Below, piece by piece: positions 52,651 through 64,000 of a stretch of 64,000 nucleotides of DNA. The stretch covers positions 172,657,058-172,721,057 of the forward strand of contig NC_068981.1 of the NCBI RefSeq assembly GCF_001194135.2, read 5' to 3'. The stretch's first letter is position 1, and every line of letters begins with the position of its first letter. This DNA is from Octopus bimaculoides. Lineage: Eukaryota. A program made the translations under genes and the position numbers. The notes below the pieces were generated by a model that saw only the letters and a program-made list of their open reading frames with translations, was not told the origin of the DNA and searched no databases.

Positions 52651-54903
52651 AAAATATAAAATTTTCTCCTTTCAAGAGAGTTAAAAATGTAACAATTTTT
52701 TTTGAAAAATTAACAAAGCATTTAGTACAGCATTTTTAGGAAATGTACTTGAAGAAGCTAAAACTGATTAATATGAGCAGCATTATTTGGTTTTTCTTTT
52801 TTTTTACATTTGCTTTTTCATTCTAGAATAAGCTAACCATTTCTGAAAATTGAAACCTTTCATAAATTTGGAGACACTATAATTTTGCATCTATAAGCAC
52901 ACATTTGAAAACTAATATTTGTTTTAAGATCAGTTGAGACAAGAACAGAAATTTACTGAATGTTTCTGAATCCATTGCTAAGCCAGTGGTAATCTAAACA
53001 GTCAACCATTTGGTCTATTTATTAGTCCAGCAACTTAAATATTTAACTAGCCCATCTTGTGTATGAAAACTCTTGAGAGTGATGTGTGATAACTAATCAG
53101 TTGTTTGAACTTGTCAACCTGTATATAACATTATTTTTTCAAATACAAAATTGTATATTATATGCATAATGATAAAAAATAAAACTAACATTAAGATTTG
53201 TAAGGAAAGTAAATGTAATTTAAGTTTTAATGAGAAAAAAATGAGAATTTGATCTTGACTAGTTGCATATTTAATTTAATTTTGAATATTATATCAAGCA
53301 GTATCATTGTATTGCTTTTGTACTGATCTTTTGTTTGTTTTTCCCACATGTGCATGCACATATACAAATAAAACTTATAAGATATAATCTGACAATAGCA
53401 AATATTTATAATTAGAATAAATGAAATAAAGAAAATTCACTAATCATTACATTCATTGTAATATAAAGCAGACTTTTATAAGATTTAAATTCAAGTTTCT
53501 TTTAAATTACATGTCCAATTGTGCCATTGTCATTTTCTTTTTAACACAAGTTCTGAATTTTTTATGGTAACGTCTAGTAAAAAAATTTTTTTTAACATAT
53601 TTGGTAAATATAACTCATAGTAATCATCATCATCATTGTTTAACATCTGCTTTCCATGCTGGCATGGGTTGGACGGTTTGACTGAGGACTGGCAAGCCAA
53701 GAGGCTGTACCAGGCTCCAATCTGATCTGGCAGGGTTTCTACAGCTGGATATATTTTTAATACAACATAATAGTTTTATGTATGTTGTGAAAAATCTAAT
53801 AAAGAGTTATTTATATTTAAACTGTGACTATAGTTTAAATTGTATTGTGAATAATGAACTTACAGAAAATATGAAAATTGACCCTTTGTAGGCATTGATT
53901 GTCTAAGGTAAAAATGCCATTTGTATACAGCTACCTTAATGATTAAGGGTTAGAAACATTAGCATGAATACAAGCCATTTACAAGCTTTACAACTTCTGG
54001 AATTGCTCTTTTTGTATTATAATACGTACTATTGGGAGCCCAACCTAAAATAGTTTGAGTTATTATCAGGATCTAAACTATTTTAAAGCTGTTGTGAAAA
54101 ATTGTTTTGACAGTGTTGCACATGCAAAACTAGCTTGCTCTAAGATACAACTCCAGTCACTGCTATAAGTTAGCTAATTTTGGAGTGTTTTAAATAAACA
54201 AATCTCAATGAGAAGGGAAAATAGCATATCTTTAATCTAAAAATAAGTATTAAAAAAAAAGGAAAAGAAAATATTTACTATAGCTTCATATAAATTTGTT
54301 AATTACAGATATTCTGTTTAATGTTCAGACAATTCTATATGTGCAAGATCTAATTTAGCATTTTTATAGTATTATGTTAGTGTAAAGTAGTGTGGGATTA
54401 TAATTATTTACTAAAAGTATGACTGTGTCTCTTATCCAATCTGTTTCATTAGACATATTTGGAGTATCTCAAATTTATCTTCATACAAGCTTATGTTTGA
54501 TATATAATTCTAATACTCTTTTCTCATTAACAATATGTGAAAAATTCTGCATCTTTTTCCAGGTTACTATTGACAGTTACATATCTATTCTTTCTATTAT
54601 AAAACTTGTGGGTCACTTTCTTTTGTAATAAGGCAGAGTGTAATTAAGTTCCATTTCACTGTTTTTTGTTTATATATTCAATAATTTCAAAATTGATTAA
54701 GGCTAGAAACCGCTGAGAAGCAACTATAATTTTAAATTCTTTAAAAAAGAGACAAGGTTAATATAGCTCAGAGTGGACGAAAGGCTACAGGTTATGAGTA
54801 CAAGCATATTTGCTCTTAAAGCATATCACTTTGTATTTTCTTACCCATCTGAAAATATAAATGGATATATGTCATTCTGCTAATAGGGTCAAGTCTGTGA
54901 ATT

Positions 54904-54935
<32 letters not shown>

Positions 54936-56436
54936 CAAGAGTTTCATTTAACATACATAGAAAATATTATGATGGAATAATGTTGAAATATTTTAACTTG
55001 CCATTAATAGAAGAAGCACAATTGGGAAGAAAACACAAGAGTCAGTAGCTGCTGTCAACTTTGTGATAGGCATGACAGTTGCCTATCACATTTGATAACC
55101 ATAAACTCAACACGTCTGATGTCGTTTATTTTGTTACATCACACAATTAGTGGTTCAGTACATTTTTTGGTAGCCATCTCACATATAGTAGACATCTCCT
55201 TCTGGCTTAAACTTCAGCATTTCACGAAATTCTATAACCTGTTATTCAATATGTAATTTTAGGGAACAACTAACTTTTAAACATCGATCATCTAATTGTA
55301 AATAGAAAATTTAATAAAATAGAAAACAGGAATAAAAAACCCCTAGACTGTTCCACTCTATTTATATCTAACAACAGCATAACTTTTCTGAACATTTTTC
55401 CTGATGTAATTAGAGAAAGAGGGGTATGTTGCTGTGACAGTAAGAAGAATAAAGTACAATGATGTTTGACTGAGTGAATGTTTTATACTGAGAATGGTAA
55501 TTCTTCTCCAAGTACAGGAAGATGTCATTAACAAGTGACAAAGAGTCACTCAAGTTACACAAGAAGTCTTTTGTGTATGTGAGTCTGTATGTCTGTCTGC
55601 ATGAGTGTGTGCACAGATGTCCGTCAGATTAGTGATGTCATGAGATGTGTATGGTTTTAGTCTCTATAAATTGATAATTATGTGTCTAAGTTATACATTG
55701 TGGGGTTTCCTGTTCACAGTTCTATAAGGATATCTTCATTAACTTTAAATAAGTAGATGAAGCTTTTTGTTTTTTAAAAACAACACACATTTTAAATTGT
55801 TTTATCCATGAAGGAAGGGTGCTAACAATAACATAGCTTATGTGATCTTTGTCATTGTGGCTTAGCCAGCTCTGAGTAGATCTATGATGGAAGGCAATCC
55901 AGCTATCACCATACTGGTTTCTATGTTGTCTTTCTATATTTAGGCAGTAAGATGTGATTTGAAAAAAATTTGGCTACTATTTCTAGTTGATCAAGTAACC
56001 AAAGAGAGGCTCCTTTATTAGCTCATAGAGGCCTTTGGAAATCAAAAAGATGTAGGGAATGGAAAACTTAGTTTTAGTAAGAGCAGGACAGTGTCCATTT
56101 CATTTGTACACCCTTCTACATGAATGAAACAGTGACATAGTGGATTAAATGTAAAGGAATTCAGTGGAAGTAATGACTATTAGTGGTACAAGAAACATTG
56201 AGACAATGTTGGTCAGTGAGCATTTGCTTATCAAGAATAGATGGTTGCACTTTTAAATGTAGATTGTCATGCTTATATGCAATGTGTAGTATACATAATA
56301 TGCAATCCTTACTCCAAAGTAAAATAAACTTGTACTTTGTGTTAGTTTACTATCAGTTCAAAGCTGTGGAATTTTTCCTAAAGGAAACCAAGTTCTTGTG
56401 ATATACTTATCAGAAATAGTAAAGCCTAGCATTCAA

Positions 56437-56657
56437 CTCTTTAACATTTAAACCACCCATATCCAGCCCAGATATTCTTCATGTTTTATGTTCAAACTGA
56501 CCAAATTCATCCTTTCACACCTACCATATAATGTCATTCTAAAAATTTACAATCACATAATTGAAATTTATAACCAGCGTGATCAATGCATGATTAATTC
56601 AAAGCAATTTGAATAAATAAACATTATGCTTGACAGAATAATCTGGATGCTAAAGGG
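56437..56657. mobile_element. piggyBac-like MITE
   Basis: Left tcaa|ctctttaacatt and right atgctaaaggg|ttaa: degenerate CCCTTTAGCAT TIRs with TTAA-type flanks. Confidence 0.55.
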
Positions 56658-58100
56658 TTAAAAGGAATAGGATGGCTACAGCTCAACATAATTGAAGGAA
56701 AACATGGGAGAGAAAATGATTTCATATGCAATAGTCTTTAGATTCTTTCTTTGAATTAAAAAAGATCACTTAAGTTAAGGAATAAACTGAGTTGAGATGT
56801 AAATATTAATGTTGGGTAGCCTTATATCTTTGTTACAAGATATCTGGACTTGTTCTTACATCACACACTAGCCTCTCAACACCTGGCATAGAATCATTGT
56901 CCTTCCTCCTCCTCCAATACTAACCTTCCCAACCCTCATTTAGTTTTGAGAGCTTTTTTCTCTCCCCATCCCTTGTTCTTTACTGTTCTCCATTTGCCTC
57001 GCAAGTTACTTGACAACCTTGCTAGTGCCAGTGACATGAAAGAAGCACCTAGTACATTCTGTAAAGTGGTTGCCAAAGTTGACACTGGAGTTCAACTTGG
57101 TCCTACAGCTCACCCTAGCCTGTCAAATTATGCAACCTCTTGCCAGTATGGAAAATGGACATTAAATGTTGAGTATGATGTTGTATTTAAATATGAGCAC
57201 ATATGAAATGAGAAGTGGTAAATAAGTACTATAATGATCTCATTATGTAATTCTTGATAGAAGTTTCCATGTATTACAAAAGATCCCTACTTTCTAACAT
57301 CCATAGGTCTTGGTCCTAATATTTTATGGAGACCATTTATCTCTTCAGATAACTGTAGGCTCATTTCATTTTAATAACATTTGCTACAAAATTTAACTGT
57401 TATTTACTCCTGTCTTTCTTATAATGAGGAGTTGCTCTGAGGGTGATTAGAAGTGGACAGAGAAATTACCATGTTCAATAAAATAGAGTTTTAAACTTCT
57501 TAAAACTTGTCCAACACCATGGTAGACAGGAGAATTATATTGAAGCAAACTCTAGTTTGTCTTTGAATTAATAAAGTTGTAATGGGGAGGGCAAAGAATT
57601 TCACTCATGTTTGAGGTGAGGAGCTGGGATTTGTCAATTTAAGAACTGCTAGTCTCCTCTACAGTTTAGATGGTTGAAAATAAAATACTGTAGTTTATAG
57701 ATCAGAAATTAAAACAACACACAGTGTTAGTGCATTGATTAATTTTGTGCACTTATGTTCACCAGGAATCAATCTGTTTCACTTCATGATAGAATGGGAA
57801 TGTACCAGAGATAGTATCTAGCAATAGAATACCTGCTTTATTCTAAAAGCAAGTATCAGTGAGGTTGTCTGAATGGAACTCAAGCAAACATGACAGAATA
57901 TAAGTAAAGCCAGGAGTGTGTGATCTAATGCTCAAGAATGTTGGACAATGAAATATTAGTCAGTTGACTATTCCCTCAAATGGAAATACTGTAAACAGTG
58001 CATTGTTAACACACATTGTATAAATGAACACAAGTAGCTTTCTTAGTTAAATATCTACAATTCAAAAGGATTCTATCAGTAATGTATGCTAGTTAAACCC

Positions 58101-58134
<34 letters not shown>

Positions 58135-58623
58135 TGACCTTTAATTCCTTTGTGCAAAGAGGAAATGGCATCTTAGTAAATCTTAATTGCACTCTCATAT
58201 CTACAACTGAAGAAACACTGATCTAAGTATATTAAAATAAATAAAAGGAAGTAGTAGTCATCTCCAAGGCACTGCCAACTACTTTCACTGAGAACTTCCT
58301 TCTCTTAGCAAATGCACCACCATTATCAACAGTTTGGAAAATACCATCATTGATACTTTGGGAACTACTATCATCCCCCTCATCATCATCATCACTATAA
58401 GCTGCCACAAGGAAGTTTTTACATTGTCACTTGTCCTGCTGGAAATAGCAACCTAATCTTCCTTCATAAAAAAAAAGAAAGGGCATATTGGATAATGTAA
58501 TTGGGTTGTTATGACTAAAATGCTTTTGGTTATAGTTCTACTTGATCCAAGTTAGAGTTAAGTAACAAAAAAGCATCACAACATCATAGTGCAGTTGCAA
58601 TAAGTCTCAATTATTTAATGTTT

Positions 58624-58671
58624 ACAAGCCTTGTGAGTGGATTTGGTAGATGGAAACTGAAAGAAGCCCGT

Positions 58672-58716
<45 letters not shown>

Positions 58717-58912
58717 CACTCCACCATTGCTTGATAACCGATGGTGGTGTGTTTACGTCCCCGTAACTTAGCGGTTCGGCAAAAGAGACCGATAGAATAA
58801 GTACTAGGCTTCCGAAGAATAAGTCCTGGGGTCAATTTGCTCAACTAAAGGCGGTGCTTCAGCATGGCCGCAGTCAGATGACCGAAACAAGTAAAAGAGA
58901 AAAAGAAAAGAG
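58624..58912 (+). mobile_element. SINE family 1, young 5'-truncated copy
   Basis: Starts at acaagccttgtgagtgg; CpG-rich 3' module intact. Partial head-only copies are also at about 42610-42748(+) and 59483-59641(-). Confidence 0.82.
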
Positions 58913-60507
58913 AAAATGTGAAAACAGGCTTTTAAAAGCCTGGAAAATACTAATTGCTAATCATTAAATTTTGTCTGAAAACACAAGATCATTGGGTAAA
59001 CAAAAGAACTGTCTCTCTTCTCCATTTAATTTCTGTTAAGTGTTTCTCAATGCAATAAATTTTCTCCCCACGCTTCTTTAACTTCAATTTCCAGACTGGC
59101 TGTACATTGTGTTCTTGAGCAAAACACTTTATTTCATGTTACTCCAGTCCACTCAGCTAGAAATGGGTAAGTTTGGGAGTGATTGGCATACAAGGGTGAG
59201 ATGATAACTTTGGAAAATCACCCAAATGAGGTCTTGTGAGCCACATTTTGTATTCAGTGAGCAAAAAAATGAATAGTACAACTTGTACTGTGAATCAGAC
59301 TGGTTGGAACTGATTGCTCAACCTTGTCAAAGGTCAATCAGTCAGTCAGTTAATCAAATCTTCATGTAGTAATTTTCATGTCTTCCGATCCTTTAATCCT
59401 CTCAAATCTACAGGATTTTATTTTTATTCATGTAGTTACTTTGTCTAGAGGAGAAACAAACAAACACACACACACTCACATAGAGGCTTCTTTCAGTTTC
59501 CATCTACAAAATCCACTTGCAAGATTTTGGTCTACCCAGGGCTATAGCAGAAGACACTTACCCAAGCTGCTACACAGCAGGATTGAACTCGAAACCTTGT
59601 AGTTGAGAAGCAAACTTCTTAACCACATAACTACATCTGCGCTTTTGTATGTTTGCATACATACATAAATATATATACATACACACACATACACACACAA
59701 ACAAAAATATATATACATGTATGCCAGTGGCATATGGTGGTTGTTATCATTGGGTGTGCTGCCACACTGACCATACTATGACTAACATTAGTATTACTTA
59801 AATTAGGCATACAAACTGTATTTCTATTCAAAATGCAGGATCCAAAATGTAAATAATGTAAACTTAATTCAATTGGGATACAGATATATGTCACTAAAGT
59901 AAACTGAATTAATAATACCCTATAAATTGTAAGCATCCTAAAATAAGCCAAAATTTTCTTATGCACACATACTGAAAAATAAGAAACCATATAATTTTAC
60001 TTACTTAAATTATTTATATGTAAGTTCTGTTCTTCTTTGAGGTGTAAAATGTTCAATAACCTCATTGTACAATGAACCACTTTATTATTAGTTGTGAAAA
60101 ATTAAGATCAATGTTATGTGATGATATTGTAAGAAAAAAATTATTGTAAAAAATATTAGTTTTAGTTTAGGAATTTCAAATTAATTTAGGCGTACAACTT
60201 CTCGCCACAAAACCAAACATGTGACTGTGCTGTCAAAGCTGTTGCAACCCTTTGCCATTAATTTGTTGCCATTCTCCCATTGTCCTATGATATGCCCGGT
60301 ACCATATTATGATACAATGTGCTGTGAGGTGTGCAGTGTTATTTCAGGACACCCACCACCAAATTTTAAGCAAGGGTACAACAAAACTTTTCCATTATGA
60401 TTTGTGATTGAATTAATGAGTAAGGTTAATATTTATAATGAATTTGCCATTTTCAGTGGGTGTGCAGCATACATGTAGCACACCCAGAGTATACACTGCT
60501 GATGTAT

Positions 60508-60550
<43 letters not shown>

Positions 60551-61104
60551 CAAAATAGGAGAATGTAGGGTGAAATTATTTACTTATAGCATCTTTACAT
60601 GTGATTCAATAACAATTACAGTTGTCACATCTAAATGCACTATAAATAAATAACTTCAGCCTGTATACTCTTTGACAATTACAGTCATCAAACTTGTAAC
60701 ATGGAGCTATGCTACAAGTATGGTACCATAATTCCATGTTCTTCCCAGAGCATAATGAAATATATGGAGTGCTAGCTGACAGACTTATATGCCATACACT
60801 TCAATACACACTTTATAAACGTGCGCACACACACACACACACACACACAGACAAAGTGCGTGTGCACGCACATATGTGCAAGTTTAATGAGCAATACACA
60901 TGAAACATGAGGTCCTCCGTTCAAACCCATTTTATAGTATTTAAGATGAGCAGATACCATGACCTCAGGTTGACTTAAGCCTTGTGATTGTAATTGCATA
61001 GACAGACACTATGAGGAAGCCTTTTGGATGGGACATAACTGTAATTCAAAACCCAGCCTTGACATATACAGTGTTATATTGATTCAACAAGGGAATTACA
61101 TTAG

Positions 61105-61310
61105 CCCTTTTGATACCAACCCACATGATTCTATAATGCAATTTTTTTTTAATATGATCTTAATTAAAAACTTACATCAAGATTTTTTGTTTGTTTATGT
61201 TATAAACTCTAGCTTAATGATGACAAGGTCACTTCAACAAATTCTTCATTAATTTTAGAACTGATAAAAACAAAGCAATGTATTTGAACAGAAATATAGT
61301 AATGGAAGGG
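61105..61310. mobile_element. piggyBac-like MITE, degraded
   Basis: Left ttag|cccttttgatacc and right gtaatggaaggg|ttaa. Confidence 0.45.
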
Positions 61311-61599
61311 TTAAGGTTACACGTAGCAGTGGAATACTCAAACCATTTATATGTTAATTCAATAAGTAAATAGTTCACTTGAATTAGCCAATGGAATATT
61401 CACACACACATACTCAATGTATGTGCTTTGTTTGTTCACCAGTAGGCTGCACCTCAGTGCAGTGGAGATGACTCCCTCAAAGTGCTGGGTGTTAAAACAC
61501 CTGAAAGTCATAGACAGGTGAGACAACTTGCCCCAAATTCCATTTAGGGGCGATGGACATTAGTGTTTTATCATTTTTGTGGCTTATCAACATCAATTT

Positions 61600-61637
61600 A
61601 TTTATATATATATATACATACATATATATATATATAC

Positions 61638-61730
<93 letters not shown>
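61600..61730. repeat. Compound (TA)n/(TACA) microsatellite
   Basis: Seen directly; further (CA)n/(TG)n/(TA)n tracts at 60508-60544, 60825-60848 and 61970-62150. Confidence 0.95.
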
Positions 61731-61731
<1 letters not shown>

Positions 61732-61738
61732 GTATTAA

Positions 61739-61910
61739 GGCTACCATTGGTTTCATGTTAAGAAAATTATCTCAACAATTTTTCAAACCATCACATGGAG
61801 GAACGGTGTTTATCTCGAAAATAGAGATGAACACCATTCCTCCATGTGATCGTCTTGAAATATTGTTATGATATTAAGATATTTTTCTTAACATGAAAAC
61901 AATGGTAACC
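61739..61910. mobile_element. 172-bp palindromic MITE with TTAA TSD and GG...CC ends (Kolobok-like)
   Basis: TTAA|GGCTACCATTGGTTTCATGTTAAGAAAA ... TTTTCTTAACATGAAAACAATGGTAACC|TTAA; the inner stem atcacatggaggaacggtgtt / aacaccattcctccatgtgat is also inverted. Confidence 0.8.
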
Positions 61911-62035
61911 TTAATAAACAAATAAAGAAATTTTATCCCCACCAATGTGGTGTTGAGCACTCATTCCCATTGTGTGTGTGTGCATATGTGTATGTGTGTA
62001 TATATGTGTATGTAAATATATATATGTACATATAC

Positions 62036-62086
<51 letters not shown>

Positions 62087-64000
62087 NNNNNNNNNNACAT
62101 GTGTGCATATATATATATGTGTGTGTGTGTATGTATATATATATATAAATATATGATTATACATAAATGAATAATAGAAAATAGATTGAACAACATTCTT
62201 TATCCAAATAGTGCTTTGATGGATGCTGGTGATTACTCAGTATGTAACCTTCTAACACATACCAACATGGAAAACGGACGTTAAATGATGATGATATATA
62301 CATACACACATAGCACACTCATATATCCTCTATCACCTGGCCAAATTTACACAACACACCCTAGGTTATTTAGTAATCTCTACATCAAATGTACACCTGT
62401 TCTTTAGGTCCTGATTATTCACCAAATTTACATTGTGCTCCCTCCCTTTATCTACTGTTCATAATATAAAGTAGTTGGATAGATGAGAAAGAAGTCACCG
62501 AGGACTATTCAACCTCGCCAGTGTTGGTACATTAAGAAAATGCACCCAGTACAGTCTATAAAGTAGTTAGTATTAGGAAGGGCATCCAGCCATAGAAAAC
62601 AAGCCAAATGATATATACAAGCTCCTAGTCCTTAGGAGCAATTGCTCCCAATGAGAAGTAACTCAAACTGTGAGAACCCATCTAACTCATACCAACATGG
62701 AAAGCTGACATAAAATGATGATGATGGTCTCACACACATTATTACTTGAATATGGAGCTCAGTTTTGTTTTCAAGTGTCTCTGGGTTTTTTTTTTTAGCT
62801 TTATTACCTGTATTATTGCTCTAACTTGAGTATTTTTTTTACTGATTAAGTACTCTTGCTAAATTGTTTTACAAGAAGAAACAGTTTTTATTATAAAGCT
62901 TTTATACACATGATTACAATATCTAGAATAGGCCAGGTATTTGGGAGCAAAACAAATCACAAAGGAAACCAAGACACCACACAGAAATATCAACATACTC
63001 TCAGCAAAATAGGCCGTTCAACTGCCCTTAAGCCACAGTGTCAACCCTGGTGCAGGCATAGAAGTGACTGCAAACCAGGATCAGTTGGTCTTCACCTGTG
63101 ATGCCCATCATACCTCATAACTGCAGTCCCCAATTATAAAAGCCTTCTCAAACCATTGTTGCTCAGTGAGGTTGCATATCTATTGTCATACATAAGTTGA
63201 CTTCTTATCACTTATGAAACTGATGCTAGTTGGCATCAGTTGTAATATGTATGAGTGTAATGCCTGTATGTGTACATATACAGACATACATACATACATA
63301 GGTATGTATGTATGTATGTATGTATGTATGTATATGCTCAGTAACTAACAAAAAAGAAATTCTATGTAGCTACCAAACCAAATTCAAATCTGATCTGCCT
63401 TAAAAAATGAAAGTACAGTTGGATAATGTAGTTCTAGGTTATAACTGTAACGTTGGTCATAAGTTTAGTCAATCGGAGCGGACTTGTAGCTAAACAACTG
63501 TAAGAGTTAACTTGCTGGAATGTCTATGAGCACCATGGGAACATGCTATCCATGTCCATGAGGAAACTGGCTGTTGTATTTAATATTAGCAAAGCCTGTT
63601 ACTAAGGTATGATATGTAAACCTTGGAGCCAAATGTGTTTTTGAATTAATAAATTATCTGGATCTAAAACTTTCACACTGATCAAGGGCCTGTCATCTTC
63701 CTAACATCAGTTATCTCATATTAACTCCCACTAATCCTATGACAGACTATGTAAATAACTCGACTTTATATCCTTCTTTTTTCTCCCACTTCTGTCCTGT
63801 TCACTTCCAAATTTCAAACTTTGTCAAGATGACTCTGTTTTTTTCTTTTTCAAAACTAAGAAGTTAAAAAAAGTTTAACTTATGAACAACTATAATACTC
63901 CTCAATTCCCAAATATGTTCTTTTGCAGAGCACTGTCTCTCTTATAGCTTTGCACAAGGCTTTTTATCATTGGCTATTCCTCTCTTTAACTGAACCACTT

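Overview
AT-rich, repeat-dense eukaryotic genomic DNA with several short N gaps. The SINE, RTE and microsatellite landscape looks cephalopod, probably Octopus (inference from recalled repeat families, not a database hit). The window lies within a + strand gene with large introns. Four GT-AG exons (33332-33504, 36861-37008, 40220-40314, 51045-51230) splice in one continuous frame. They encode the N-terminal helical region and first proline-rich motif of Rap guanine nucleotide exchange factor 1 (RAPGEF1/C3G). A candidate upstream coding first exon is at 11123-11167; the catalytic exons lie beyond the window. The rest is intronic: two tRNA-headed SINE families, RTE, CR1 and L1/Tx1 LINE fragments, MITEs with mariner, hAT, piggyBac and Kolobok-like ends, a 348-bp foldback element and many microsatellites. 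The most unexpected items are a decayed 102-bp 28S rRNA peptidyl-transferase-centre fragment between imperfect inverted repeats (3449-3550), and a Tx1-like LINE abutting one arm of the foldback element (18170-19930). Nearly all listed ORFs other than the exons and LINE remnants are spurious microsatellite or N-gap ORFs.
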